From assembly GCA_965649205.1 (NCBI GenBank), contig CBFGJV010000004.1, positions 1 through 64,000 of the forward strand: DNA of 64,000 nucleotides, given 5' to 3'. The position numbers and the translations under genes are program-made. Below, piece after piece: positions 38,105-48,463 of this stretch. Below the pieces are notes generated by a model. That model saw only the letters and a list, made by a program, of their open reading frames with translations. It did no database searches and was not told the origin of the DNA. The stretch is from a candidate division WOR-3 bacterium (GTDB taxonomy: Bacteria > Hydrothermota > Tepidihabitantia > Tepidihabitantales > Tepidihabitantaceae). How positions within the stretch are numbered: position 1 is the first letter of the stretch; each line of letters begins with the position of its first letter.

Positions 38105-40078
38105 CTACCTCAGAAAGTAAACGCCTCGCAGTTGCGGCCGCAAAACCGCATCCACCGCGGCTTTCAGCCCGGCATATTCGCCCAGAGAGAAATCCGCCTT
38201 GTCTATCCGCAACGTATAGAAGAAAGCAACCCCGACATCCGTTTTTGCCCACCCAGCCCGTACCTCCACTCCATTGCCAGACACAAAAAGGCTGTCAGGC
38301 AGAATGTCAGGCCTGTACCCTGCAGGCAGCTTGATATGACATCTGTACTGATAAGTACGAGGAGGTCTAGTCTCCACCGGATTCTCGCGACGCACACTGG
38401 TAGTTATTCCAAAAAGCGGCTCTTCCACTAACGCGGGCGTTGGCACCAGCAGCGAAATCTCGCTTTTCTGCGTAACGGCGTAACGCGAAGCCCGAAAACG
38501 AAAACCGCACGCAGCCGGTGCAGTGAGGTTGTGTAAATCTGCAAACCAGAACGTATCGACTTCTGCCCCTGGTTTTATGCTGGAAGCAATTTGAGCCAAA
38601 GAACGTTTGCGGTCGGTGGGGGTTTGATTGCGCCACTCTTCCCGCAGACGGGAATCGTAATAACCGGATGCTTCGGTAGAGACATTCCCCCAGATAGTAC
38701 CATCCGGCTCCAGAACTATCTCCGCGAATGTGGAGCACAAACTGGAAGTAAAAGAAGGTGTAAACGCAAGACCCGCGCAGCGGCCATGCAGGCAGAGCGC
38801 ACTTACTTTGGCGTCACTCTCCGGAAGATTGCCGTACGAGTAATATTCGGCGAACGGGTCCAGAATCTGAAAGGTCTTTGGTGACGAGAATTCGAAGTTG
38901 GCCGAATCGGTCGGGACTACTGTTACCAGCCAGTCAAAAACATCAGCTGAAGGCACAGAATCATTTGGTGGTGCTCCGCGAGCCAAAACCGCCGCAAACG
39001 CATAAACACCTATCTGCCGCAATAGACTTACTAAAAGGCAGTTTTTGTCCCGGCAATCGCCATAGCGCCACTTAAGGATTTGAGAAGCTTTACGCGTATC
39101 GTAGCCGACCCGGCCGTACCCCAAAGGTACATTGCGTATTCTCTGCGTTACATAAAGGAAAATATCTCTTATAGCTGCGCTCCGGGATTTGCCGGCAGCC
39201 AGCGAATCAGCCAACCGTCTTATCTCCCCAGTTGACTCCAGCCCCTTTTCGAATTCCTGTTTAAGTTTAACTGCCACCTGCGCCCAGCCTTCACACGAAG
39301 AGTAGTAAAGAACCGGAACCAGTCGTGCTAAATCCGGCATCCCCGGCTCCCGAAATACCTGGGGAGTATTGGTCATAGTCCAAGTGTAGGAAATAGTATT
39401 GCCCAAAGTTTCCACTACAGGCGCAACCGGCTCAGAAGTATTGTTCCAGGCATAGCGGAACTTACTGTTGCGCGGTAAAACAAGGCGAAACTCGCGCCTA
39501 AGAGCTGGGGTATACCCGCCGAACAAAACACTACCCGAAAACCAGTCTTCCCTACCCGGTTTTCGCTGTCTTACCCGTGCCCGGTATTCTATCACCGCAT
39601 TCTTTTCCAGTGCAGGGAAGGATACTACCTTAAGCATAGCACTGGTATAGGCCGGATCATCAGCTACCTCCGGTGCACTCACATCAGCGATGGCTTTCTT
39701 CTCCGGTCGGACGACGCTTCTATCTACCTTATGAGTACGGGCTTCTAGTACCTCGCAGACCTGCCCATTCCGATTATAACGTTGGGTAATTTCTCCAAAT
39801 TCATCCCTGCCCCGATCAGCAAATATCTTCACCACCAGATAACGCTCGGTAGTAGCGGTATTACTCTTGTCTATCGTAACTATCTGCCGGTCAAGCAGAA
39901 TAAGTGCCGGTGCCTCCGGGTAGTCCTCCGGACCGGGGGCATTGGCAATAAGGTCGTCTATCTCTGCTGCTATTCCAAAAGTAAAGGTGAGTAGGCACAA
40001 ACCCAGCCCCAAAACTGCCATGGGGTTTTGCAACTTTCCCTGCGATACCTTTTCGCTGATTACTCTGCTTCTGACCAT
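38105..40078 (-). CDS. DUF3857 / transglutaminase-like domain protein
   Basis: FPALEKNAVIEY, IRNV...YG, RYGDCRDK; hydrophobic N-terminus. Confidence 0.82.
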   Translation of the reverse strand: MVRSRVISEKVSQGKLQNPMAVLGLGLCLLTFTFGIAAEIDDLIANAPGPEDYPEAPALILLDRQIVTIDKSNTATTERYLVVKIFADRGRDEFGEITQRYNRNGQVCEVLEARTHKVDRSVVRPEKKAIADVSAPEVADDPAYTSAMLKVVSFPALEKNAVIEYRARVRQRKPGREDWFSGSVLFGGYTPALRREFRLVLPRNSKFRYAWNNTSEPVAPVVETLGNTISYTWTMTNTPQVFREPGMPDLARLVPVLYYSSCEGWAQVAVKLKQEFEKGLESTGEIRRLADSLAAGKSRSAAIRDIFLYVTQRIRNVPLGYGRVGYDTRKASQILKWRYGDCRDKNCLLVSLLRQIGVYAFAAVLARGAPPNDSVPSADVFDWLVTVVPTDSANFEFSSPKTFQILDPFAEYYSYGNLPESDAKVSALCLHGRCAGLAFTPSFTSSLCSTFAEIVLEPDGTIWGNVSTEASGYYDSRLREEWRNQTPTDRKRSLAQIASSIKPGAEVDTFWFADLHNLTAPAACGFRFRASRYAVTQKSEISLLVPTPALVEEPLFGITTSVRRENPVETRPPRTYQYRCHIKLPAGYRPDILPDSLFVSGNGVEVRAGWAKTDVGVAFFYTLRIDKADFSLGEYAGLKAAVDAVLRPQLRGVYFLR

Positions 40079-40081
40079 TTT

Positions 40082-42022
40082 CTACTCCCTTGGTTTCAAC
40101 ATCACATGTTGTCGTTCAATTTCGTCAGTCCGACTCAAAAGCTCGCGCAAAGCCTGATACTCGGCAAGCGGCACATACGGATGATCAAGCCGGAAAACAG
40201 CTTCATTAGTAAGCTTTCCACTCTGCACTGACGTTCTTGACTTTACCGAGAATCTATCCCCCTGTATTTCTAATGAATCCGGCAAAAGCTTGACTTGATA
40301 GCCCCTGGGCAATGTCATCTCGTGTCTCAGATACCATCCCTGAGTCGTATGAAAATCAACCGGATAAGTACGACTGGAAAGCGACAGTGCCCAAGGGAAA
40401 TTAGAAGCGCCATACATGCCGGAACCGGAACGAGGCAGAGTAAAACGAATTGTAGGCTTCACTAGCCTGCCCTTAGGTCTCAAAAGTGTAGCAAAATCAG
40501 GCGCCGTAAAACGCAAAGTAACCTCCAGAGGAACATTCAGATCATTCGGATCGGTAGAGAAGAAAGTGTCCAGGCGAGTAGCCGGGCCGAAAATGCGCAG
40601 GTCCCGTTCAAAACTCTGCTTGAGCTCTGCCTGCGGTTGTCCCTTCATGCGAGAACGCAAACGGAATTCGGCCATCCCTACCGGGACCAATCTCACCGTG
40701 CCAGTAAGATTGCCCTGGGTGTCCAGGGTGTCGGTCACGTATACAGAAAGCATATTACTGTCTGCGGGCAAAAGCGGCGTCAAACCAAGGTCTTCTCCTT
40801 CTTGCGTTGCCACTAGGACCCCCCGATTCATTTCCCAGCTTACAAGATACTGGCGCGAATTCTGTACCGTGGGGTCGAGATAGTAGTAACCTCCTTCCGG
40901 CTTCCGTACAGCCACAATGGCATGGTTAAACTGGTCAACCGGTAACTCTCGGTCCATCTGCGCGCCCAGATTGGTAAGTACGATATAAGCATCTATACCT
41001 ACATACCTCATCATGCCCACCAATAATGCAGCCTTGTCCCGGCATACGCCGTAACGTTTTTCATATGTCAGACTGATTTTCTCCGGCTGGTACCCAGCCT
41101 TCTTCCCTGAAAGCGAAGTTTCCACATACCGTATGCTGTTATTGACAAAGTTGTAAAGTGCCCTGACCTTAGACGCCTCATCCGGACAATCTCTGGTCAA
41201 TCGCTCTATCTCTGCCGCCAGGGCGGGACTTACCTCGTACTGAGTAGAACACAATTCATAGTACCACCGCGACCAGGTTTGCCAGTCGCGGTGAGTCGTC
41301 ACCAGCAAGCGGGGAAGACACTCCGGCCAGTAAGGCATCATCGGTTCGTACACTATCTTGGGAATATCGTTCTTATACCAGGTCAAGATGCGCCTGTTGC
41401 CACTGGAGGTGAAAAAAGTATCCACTTCCCCGTCCTTGACCAGCCAGCGAAACTGCATATCGGCGGGAGCGGAAATGGAAAAAACCTTGGTCAGTACTGG
41501 CTGCCAGTCCTGGAACACAACCGTGGCATCATAGTGACCTTCTATCAGGGGGTTGAAGGTCCGATTCTCAACCATGAGCTCCACTGCAGAGCCAACTTCC
41601 AAACCGGGAAACTGCACTGTCTTCACACGCACATTAGGCAGAATAAACTTGGACCCCTCCCACAGAGGTACGGGCATATCCACAATTTCCCTCGCCGGCA
41701 CATTATGCACCTTACCGGCGGGACTTATGACCCGCGCCAGCTTAACCTGCAAGGTAGAATAAAGCAGACAGTATTCATCCCATGACTTGGCATTATCGGC
41801 CTTGCCTTGTTCGGTTAGAATCTTCACCAGACGGTGCGTACGAGTTACACTTCTGCCATCTCTTTCCAGTATCACCACTGTTGAATCAAAGATGACCACC
41901 GAATTGGCGTCTGGAAAACGTTCCGGCGTCACCGACTTCAGTAGGTCCAGAGGCAAACCGCCAGCCGCGGGAACGCCGAAGAGAAACACCAGCAAAAGAG
42001 CAAAAACAGCAAATCTGTTCAT
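40082..42022 (-). CDS. DUF3857 / transglutaminase-like domain protein
   Basis: Signal peptide; FPGLEVGS, IRYV, RYGVCRDKA, FNHAIV, YLDPT; GGAGG RBS. Confidence 0.85.
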   Translation of the reverse strand: MNRFAVFALLLVFLFGVPAAGGLPLDLLKSVTPERFPDANSVVIFDSTVVILERDGRSVTRTHRLVKILTEQGKADNAKSWDEYCLLYSTLQVKLARVISPAGKVHNVPAREIVDMPVPLWEGSKFILPNVRVKTVQFPGLEVGSAVELMVENRTFNPLIEGHYDATVVFQDWQPVLTKVFSISAPADMQFRWLVKDGEVDTFFTSSGNRRILTWYKNDIPKIVYEPMMPYWPECLPRLLVTTHRDWQTWSRWYYELCSTQYEVSPALAAEIERLTRDCPDEASKVRALYNFVNNSIRYVETSLSGKKAGYQPEKISLTYEKRYGVCRDKAALLVGMMRYVGIDAYIVLTNLGAQMDRELPVDQFNHAIVAVRKPEGGYYYLDPTVQNSRQYLVSWEMNRGVLVATQEGEDLGLTPLLPADSNMLSVYVTDTLDTQGNLTGTVRLVPVGMAEFRLRSRMKGQPQAELKQSFERDLRIFGPATRLDTFFSTDPNDLNVPLEVTLRFTAPDFATLLRPKGRLVKPTIRFTLPRSGSGMYGASNFPWALSLSSRTYPVDFHTTQGWYLRHEMTLPRGYQVKLLPDSLEIQGDRFSVKSRTSVQSGKLTNEAVFRLDHPYVPLAEYQALRELLSRTDEIERQHVMLKPRE

Positions 42023-42169
42023 AATCGGCCTCCGTTAGGTATTTGTCCTGATAATCAGATAACTGAGACTAATCGCCCTGTTAGAGAAGTCAACCGCAGG
42101 TAGATGCGAGAGCCCGCTGGCTGGACTAATTTGACGCACACTCGTTGGCAAGGTAACTTTTCTTATGCC

Positions 42170-42727
42170 ATGGGCAAATATTTCTTTGTTCTTCTCTTGG
42201 TTGTAGCAGGTGCCGGATGCGGGAAAGAACGCCAGACAATGACCTCGGGACAAGATGCAAGGCCGGACCGGGTTGTTACCGTACGTCTAGTGGGCATTGA
42301 CGGAAAACCCGGCCCTCAAATAAAGAAAACCAAAATCGTAAAAACCGAAGCGGAATGGCGCCAGCTGCTTTCTCCGGAGCAATATATGGTTACCCGTCAA
42401 AAAGGTACCGAGCCGGCATTCTGTGGCAAATTTCTTGCTCATAAGGAACCCGGAATCTACTGTTGTGTCTGCTGTGGTCTTCCCTTATTTTCTTCCCGAA
42501 CAAAGTTCGAGTCGGGGAGCGGCTGGCCCAGTTTCTTCCAGCCATTTGCGGAAGAAAACATTTCCTCGCGTCTAGACACAAGTCACGGCATGGTGCGCAC
42601 CGAGATACTCTGTCAATTGTGTGACGCTCATCTTGGCCATGTGTTTTCTGACGGTCCGCCCCCGACCGGTTTGCGATACTGTCTTAACTCGGCAGCGCTG
42701 GCATTTGTGCCCGCGGCTACTCCGTAA
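42170..42727 (+). CDS. msrB: peptide-methionine (R)-S-oxide reductase with lipoprotein-type signal
   Basis: [37 protein letters not shown]-terminal [17 protein letters not shown]. Confidence 0.92.
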   Translation: MGKYFFVLLLVVAGAGCGKERQTMTSGQDARPDRVVTVRLVGIDGKPGPQIKKTKIVKTEAEWRQLLSPEQYMVTRQKGTEPAFCGKFLAHKEPGIYCCVCCGLPLFSSRTKFESGSGWPSFFQPFAEENISSRLDTSHGMVRTEILCQLCDAHLGHVFSDGPPPTGLRYCLNSAALAFVPAATP

Positions 42728-42796
42728 TCACTACCCCGCCTGTGCCCGAAAATAAAAACACTGCGTCGGTGATAACGATGCAGCCAGTGATGATAA

Positions 42797-43753
42797 TCAA
42801 TTTGCTTCGTCTTGTGACCGGCTTGAAGGCGGCTCCGGAGGTGTAATCGGTCCGCTTAAGCACTCCGACCCCGGGGATGCTACTTGCAACTTGTTTGTTT
42901 CCTTCTTGACAAACTCTCCTGAGCTTTTCAACCTCGCTTCCAGCTTTTCAATGCCAGCCCGCACCGTGGCCATACGCGCCTCCAGCTGAGCCAGTTCAAC
43001 CTCTCCGGTAGTCAGTCGCTCCTTGAGCAGAGCCGCTCGCAACGCGTTCTTGTCTTCCATTTCCCACTGCTTTCTTGTTTCCGCAACCAGACTGCGCAGC
43101 AGATCCGCCTGCCGTTGCAACCGAGAAAGAAGACGTTTTTCCTTGATGATCATGGCGCTAAGACGCCGGTACCAGGGACTCTGTTTTCTCGCTTCTTCTC
43201 GAATACGAACGAACGTTCGCCTCAAGGCTGACTCTACCTCATCCCGGTCCGACCGGGAAAAAATATAACCCGCCCGTTCCTTCTGCAACTGTTTCAGGCG
43301 GGCAAGTGCCTGCTGCGGTCCATCGTTAGGAAGAGAAGCAATTATCTCATCTGCCTGAGACTGAAAGTAAGCGCGGGCTGCAAGCGAGGTCTGCTCTTTT
43401 AGGCGAGTTAGTTCCTGCCACGTCTCCTGGTAGCGCACCCAAAACTTGTGCCGATCCTTACGGGTGAGAGGTGCGGAACGAAATTCACCCAGAAGAGAGC
43501 GCAGCTCTTTTTCCTGCTGCGCCATTTCCCGTAACTGAACGCGCCCCGGTTCACCCAAGGCAGCTTTCCAAGCGGCAAAGATGGTTTCGATTCTCTGAAA
43601 AAAGTCTCGACGAATCCGAGCCGATTCAGCGGCAAATGCCTTACGCGCTTCGGTTTCGGTGGCAATAGGTACTACGTCCTGAGTTTTCATTTCCACCGCA
43701 GTGGGCGGAAGAGGAAGAGCGTTCGATTCGCTTGGAGGCAAGCTCTCGTTCAT
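42797..43753 (-). CDS. hypothetical helical/coiled-coil protein
   Basis: 318-aa ORF rich in E/R/L/Q; TTGACA-16-TAGTAT promoter just upstream. Confidence 0.7.
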   Translation of the reverse strand: MNESLPPSESNALPLPPTAVEMKTQDVVPIATETEARKAFAAESARIRRDFFQRIETIFAAWKAALGEPGRVQLREMAQQEKELRSLLGEFRSAPLTRKDRHKFWVRYQETWQELTRLKEQTSLAARAYFQSQADEIIASLPNDGPQQALARLKQLQKERAGYIFSRSDRDEVESALRRTFVRIREEARKQSPWYRRLSAMIIKEKRLLSRLQRQADLLRSLVAETRKQWEMEDKNALRAALLKERLTTGEVELAQLEARMATVRAGIEKLEARLKSSGEFVKKETNKLQVASPGSECLSGPITPPEPPSSRSQDEAN

Positions 43754-43858
43754 TGCGATACGATACTAAGAACCCCCGTTTCTATGTCAAGGAGAGAACA
43801 CGGGCTGCCGCCTAGGGCGTCACTTGACCCTAGGAAAATAATGCCAATTATGTATGCC

Positions 43859-44587
43859 ATGGGCGCAGGTTTAGTTCTGATACTGAGCGTGGCATCATTA
43901 CCCCCGATAGACAATGTTGTTGACAGTCTATTTGCCAAGCAGGCCAAACAGTCAGCCAAGTTTACGGGAGCAAGCTATCTGGCCGAATACCTCTACCGAG
44001 AATACGACAAGCAGGGAAAATCTTTGCGAGAAGAAACTTGTCGCCGGCGTGTGTATATGAACCGCGGACAGCTGTGGACAGAGTTTCTGGAGGTGACTCT
44101 CAATGGTCAGAAACTCGCCGGCCAGGAAAGACAAAAGCAGATAACTCTACTACGACGCAAAGGGCTGGTGCAGGAACGGGCACAGATGCCTTTTCAGCCC
44201 AACATACGCCACTTCTACACCTATCGACTTACAGGCGAAGATACCTGTCAGCTCCGACCAGTCTGGGTAATCGAATTTATCCCGCGGCAGCGGACGATAC
44301 AGACTGTTCAGGGTCGCGCTTTTGTAGACAAGCATAGCTATGACGTGCTGGCACTGGAGTTTCGACCGGCCAGGCTGCCCTGGTTCTGCAAGAACACACG
44401 TATGAAGCTATGGTACGCACCAACCGGGCAAATGGTGGTACCTGTCTTCTTCGAGATGGATATGGATATAAAGGTCAGTTTGGTTATGCCCTTGACGGAA
44501 AGAAAACTGAGAATAGAAGACAGGTATTCCGAATATGTGTTCTATGAGAAGGAGGAACGCGGGGGCGAAAAAGCCGAGGGCAAATAA
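43859..44587 (+). CDS. hypothetical exported protein
   Basis: Hydrophobic N-terminus from ATG 43859; YRLTGED...WVIEFIP...GRAFVDK pattern typical of envelope beta-rich proteins; start uncertain. Confidence 0.6.
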   Translation: MGAGLVLILSVASLPPIDNVVDSLFAKQAKQSAKFTGASYLAEYLYREYDKQGKSLREETCRRRVYMNRGQLWTEFLEVTLNGQKLAGQERQKQITLLRRKGLVQERAQMPFQPNIRHFYTYRLTGEDTCQLRPVWVIEFIPRQRTIQTVQGRAFVDKHSYDVLALEFRPARLPWFCKNTRMKLWYAPTGQMVVPVFFEMDMDIKVSLVMPLTERKLRIEDRYSEYVFYEKEERGGEKAEGK

Positions 44588-44605
44588 ACAAAGAGACTAA
44601 ACCCG

Positions 44606-45193
44606 GTGCTGATTGTTTTAGTACTTACACTGATCGGTTTCTGCTGCGGGTCGCTGCCTTTTTCGGTCTGGTTGGGAAAACTCCGTGGTAAGAGCGTGCT
44701 TCTAGTAGGTGACGGGAACCCGGGAGCCGCCAACGCTTTCAAAGCCGGTGGCTGGAGTTTGGGACTGCCCGTGCTTCTGCTTGACTTCTTGAAAGCCGCG
44801 GTACCGGTAGGAGTAGGAAGGTGGATACTGGGCATTACCGGTTGGTCGGTGGTGCCGATTTTTCTGGCGCCAGTTGTCGGCCATGCGTTTTCTCCCTTTC
44901 TGAAATTTCGGGGAGGTAAGGCAATAGCGGCTACTTTCGGCGCCTGGTGTGGCCTGACTCTATGGCAGGGCCCTGTTGTTCTGGGGTTGGGATTAGGTTT
45001 CTTCTGGTTGGTTTTAACTGCGGACGCCTGGTGTGTAATGGGAGGGATGTTTGTCCTGGGCGGCTGGTGGCTTATGCTTGGGGTAGAGCGATCTGTCTAT
45101 CTTGCCTGGTTTCTCAACCTGCTGGTTCTGGCGTACAAACATCGTCGGGAACTGGCAACAATGCCGCGGTGGAGGCGGAGAAAAACCATATGA
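44606..45193 (+). CDS. PlsY-family acyltransferase
   Basis: GSLPF, GDGNPGAAN, DFLK, GHAFSPFLKFRGGKAIA. Confidence 0.85.
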   Translation: MLIVLVLTLIGFCCGSLPFSVWLGKLRGKSVLLVGDGNPGAANAFKAGGWSLGLPVLLLDFLKAAVPVGVGRWILGITGWSVVPIFLAPVVGHAFSPFLKFRGGKAIAATFGAWCGLTLWQGPVVLGLGLGFFWLVLTADAWCVMGGMFVLGGWWLMLGVERSVYLAWFLNLLVLAYKHRRELATMPRWRRRKTI

Positions 45194-46365
45194 ATTTGTT
45201 CTGGCTGGAACATCAGATAGGAATTGTGGTGTTTCTGGCTGTGCTTGTTCTTATTGCCCTTTCCAACCTGAGGGCAATAAAAAGGTTACCGAAAAAACTC
45301 AGCGCAGAATTTCTAGACAAAGAAACCTCGGACAGAACACCACGGGTGTCTGTGCTGGTACCAGCACGCAACGAGGAGAAGAACATTGAAGCGGCTGTTT
45401 CCTTCCTACTGGCCCAGGATTATCCCAACTTTGAACTTGTAGTCCTCGACGATCTTTCCATGGACAACACGCCTGTGATTTTAGGCAAAATGGAGAATCC
45501 TCGGCTTAGAGTCAGAAAAGGCACGGACTTGCCTCCGGGATGGATTGGCAAGAATTGGGCTTGTCATCAACTGGCCCAGCACGCCGTAGGCGAGTTTCTG
45601 CTTTTTACCGATGCTGATACGCGGCATAGTTCCTCCGCATTGTCCGCAGCTGTTGCGGTGATGGAAAAGGAAAAGTTAGACCTCTTGAGCGTTATTCCGC
45701 GCGAGGAAACCAAAAGCTGGGCGGAAAAACTGTTAGTGCCTATTGTGCCTTGGGCAATCATGTCTTTTTTACCTCTGGCGCTTGCGTACCGGATGCGCCG
45801 ACCCGCCTTTACCGCAGCCAACGGTCAATTCCTTATGTTTCGCCGCACAGCGTATGAGCGAATTGGTGGACACGCGGCAATCAAAGAATCAGTAGTAGAT
45901 GATCTGGCGCTGGTGCGACGGGCTGCCAGACTAGGACTTTTGTGGCGACTGTACGATGCCCAGAATCTTGTCGCCTGCCGAATGTACCACACCAGCCGGG
46001 AAGTGTTTGACGGATTCGGCAAGAATCTCTTCGGGGCTTTTGGATTCAAAATCATTCCCTTTGTTTTTGTCTGGTTATGGTTGCTGTTAGTTACATTTCA
46101 ACCACTCTGCGTACTCAGTTTGGCCGGGGTAGGGGTCAAAGTGCCGGCATTGTCCCTCAATCTGGCAACGGCTGCTGTTCTTCTTGCGCTTCTGCTCTGG
46201 AGTATTTCTAACCGAAAATTCCGATTTCCCTGGTATGTTATCCCGCTTTATCCTTTAAGCATCGCCCTTGCTGCAGGCATCGCTGCGTATTCCGTTACGC
46301 AGACTTGCACTGGCCGGGCAGTGTGGAAAGGACGCTGGCTACCGCGCAAGAAACCGAAATGGTAA
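45190..46365 (+). CDS. GT2 glycosyltransferase, CrtQ/CruC-like
   Basis: VSVLVPARNEE, LDDLSMD, LPPGWIGKNWACHQL, FTDAD, ANGQF, CRMY; ATGA overlap with the acyltransferase. Confidence 0.85.
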   Translation: MNLFWLEHQIGIVVFLAVLVLIALSNLRAIKRLPKKLSAEFLDKETSDRTPRVSVLVPARNEEKNIEAAVSFLLAQDYPNFELVVLDDLSMDNTPVILGKMENPRLRVRKGTDLPPGWIGKNWACHQLAQHAVGEFLLFTDADTRHSSSALSAAVAVMEKEKLDLLSVIPREETKSWAEKLLVPIVPWAIMSFLPLALAYRMRRPAFTAANGQFLMFRRTAYERIGGHAAIKESVVDDLALVRRAARLGLLWRLYDAQNLVACRMYHTSREVFDGFGKNLFGAFGFKIIPFVFVWLWLLLVTFQPLCVLSLAGVGVKVPALSLNLATAAVLLALLLWSISNRKFRFPWYVIPLYPLSIALAAGIAAYSVTQTCTGRAVWKGRWLPRKKPKW

Positions 46366-46477
46366 GTAATGACTTTCATCGTGCGCCAGCCGGAATAAAT
46401 GGAGTGCCGTAACGGATGAAAATTAAACAATATGGTGGCAAATACGCTGTTTTTGTGCTAAGCTGAAAAACGGGAAT

Positions 46478-47464
46478 ATGCATACCGAAAATGCGCTAAA
46501 CAATTCGGCCGTCAGACCGCGAGTAGTATTCGGCCGGTGTTTGACATTTGCTCCTTGCCGCTACAACGGACAGATTATCGCCAGCGAAGTTGTAGAGCTG
46601 CTAAAACAGTTCTGCGAATGCATTACGCCCTGCCCGGAAGTTGATATCGGGCTGGGTGTTCCTCGCGAGCCCCTACGCATCGTGCGTAGCGAAACCCGGC
46701 TGCGGCTAGTGCAACCTGCTACTGGCAGAGATCTAACAGAAGAAATACAGACATATGCCCGGGACTTTCTCGCCAAACTGGGTCCGGTGGATGGATTTGT
46801 GCTCAAGGGCAAAAGCCCCAGCTGTGGTCTGACAGATGTGAAATTGTTCGCCTATGCGGGCAAAAGCTCTCCACTCCCTGGGAAAATTGCTGGTTTCTTT
46901 GGCCAAGCAGTGCTGGAACAATTTCCGGACACGGCGGTTGAAGATGAAGGCAGGCTGCTCAACTTCACCCTACGAGAACACTTCTTCACCCGCATCTATA
47001 CGTCAGCTCGTTTTCGCCAGCTGCCCCGTACCCTTGCCACGCTAGTTCAGTTTCACGCCGAAAACAAACTTCTGCTTCTTGGTTACAATCAAACTCGCAT
47101 GCGGGAACTGGGTCGATTAGTGGCAAATCCAGACCGTTTGCCGGCGACAGAGGTTTACAGAGCATACGCCCAAGGATTGAGTCGAGCGCTGGCCCGACCA
47201 CCCCGGCCGCAGTCAATCGTAAATGTGATGGAGCATGCACTGGGGTATTTCAAGAAGCGACTAAGTACAAAGGAAAAACAGCTCAGCCGCAGGCTCATCG
47301 CCAGCTACCGGGAAGGCCGGGTACCATTGTCTGTTCCGCAGGCGGTTATACGGACTTTCATAGCTCGCTTTGAGGAAGACTACTTGGCACAGCAAACTTT
47401 TTTTCGACCTTATCCAGAGGAATTGGTGCTGATTTCAGATTCGGGCAAGGGAAGAAATCTGTAA
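46478..47464 (+). CDS. DUF523 + DUF1722 (YbgA-like / 2-thiouracil desulfurase family) protein
   Basis: CRYNG, CPEVDIGLGVPRE, LKGKSPSCG, EDEGRL, FHAENK, HALGYFK, QTFFRPYP. Confidence 0.88.
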   Translation: MHTENALNNSAVRPRVVFGRCLTFAPCRYNGQIIASEVVELLKQFCECITPCPEVDIGLGVPREPLRIVRSETRLRLVQPATGRDLTEEIQTYARDFLAKLGPVDGFVLKGKSPSCGLTDVKLFAYAGKSSPLPGKIAGFFGQAVLEQFPDTAVEDEGRLLNFTLREHFFTRIYTSARFRQLPRTLATLVQFHAENKLLLLGYNQTRMRELGRLVANPDRLPATEVYRAYAQGLSRALARPPRPQSIVNVMEHALGYFKKRLSTKEKQLSRRLIASYREGRVPLSVPQAVIRTFIARFEEDYLAQQTFFRPYPEELVLISDSGKGRNL

Positions 47465-47531
47465 GGAAGTTAGACAATGTTCGCTTCTCTTTGCTTCGCA
47501 GAAAAATCTGTACTGTTCGACGCTTTTGTCT

Positions 47532-48008
47532 ATGCGGTTATGGAGCATCCATCCCCGATATCTTGACCGTGTCGGTCTGGTGGCACTATGGCGGGAAGCC
47601 CTGCTAGCACAGGCAGTGCTGCGGGGACAAACTCGGGGCTACAGACATCATCCACAACTCAAGCGCTTTCAGGAACATCCCCATCCCATACAGGCAATAG
47701 CCGAGTATCTCCGGGTTATCTGGAAAGAAGCCGCAAAACGTGGGTATGCATTCGATCGTAATAAACTGAGTCCACCGCACCGAATAGCAAAGATGCCAGT
47801 TCCGCTCGGTCAAGTAAAGTACGAGTTCCTGCTATTACGGCAAAAAGTCAGGCGCCGTGATCCCTGCTGGTATACCCTCCTGCGTCCTCTAGACCAGCCC
47901 GTAGTTCACCCGGTCTTTCGCGTAGTGGCCGGGGGGGTGGCCAGCTGGGAACGAATACCAGCCAAGTCCGGCCTCTTCCGCAACAAAGCTTGTCCCGGAC
48001 GCTTATGA
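47532..48008 (+). CDS. pyrimidine dimer DNA glycosylase / T4 endonuclease V family
   Basis: MRLWSIHPRYLD..GLVALWREALLAQAVL.G.TRGY.HHPQL.RF. Confidence 0.85.
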   Translation: MRLWSIHPRYLDRVGLVALWREALLAQAVLRGQTRGYRHHPQLKRFQEHPHPIQAIAEYLRVIWKEAAKRGYAFDRNKLSPPHRIAKMPVPLGQVKYEFLLLRQKVRRRDPCWYTLLRPLDQPVVHPVFRVVAGGVASWERIPAKSGLFRNKACPGRL

Positions 48009-48397
48009 AAGCTACCGGCCTGTGGAACTTTATATCCCGCTCCCGGGTGCGCGGAAGTTTGTTATTTGTCCTCGGGTATATCCTTTCGCCCTTATCCTGG
48101 TGGAATGATGTGTTTGTGAATTTGCCCCTTGCCTATGCCCTTGGCAGTTTGGCAGGACTTCTGTCCAGACGGCTGTTTCTCCCGGCAATGGTACTGGCTT
48201 ACTGGGGAACCAACATTCTGGGCCTGGTGTTGATGTCCAAAGGGGCTGGCAACATAATTAGACCGCACAAACCGGCAGATAGACGGAAGGAGCTTATAGG
48301 CACATTAGCTCTTTCGGCTTTTTACACAATTGCGGTAATTCTGCTTGTCCGTTTAGGAATTCTGAAAGCGGCGTTCAACTGGCGCCAGAAACCTTAG
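48005..48397 (+). CDS. hypothetical membrane protein
   Basis: GYILSPLSWWNDVFVNLPLAY motif; 3-4 TM segments; ATGA overlap. Confidence 0.7.
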   Translation: MKATGLWNFISRSRVRGSLLFVLGYILSPLSWWNDVFVNLPLAYALGSLAGLLSRRLFLPAMVLAYWGTNILGLVLMSKGAGNIIRPHKPADRRKELIGTLALSAFYTIAVILLVRLGILKAAFNWRQKP

Positions 48398-48463
48398 CGC
48401 CCCAAAAACAGGTTGCATTGCCACACAGGTTGACCCAAATCCTGGCCGCTTTATACTCAACCG

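Noticed and set aside
43900..47480. Scattered TA(A/G)ACA motifs as CarH/LitR operators, and a possible local GC-skew reversal
   Set aside because: The motifs lack regular 11-bp phasing and some lie in coding sequence; the skew impression is explicable by amino-acid composition and was not computed.
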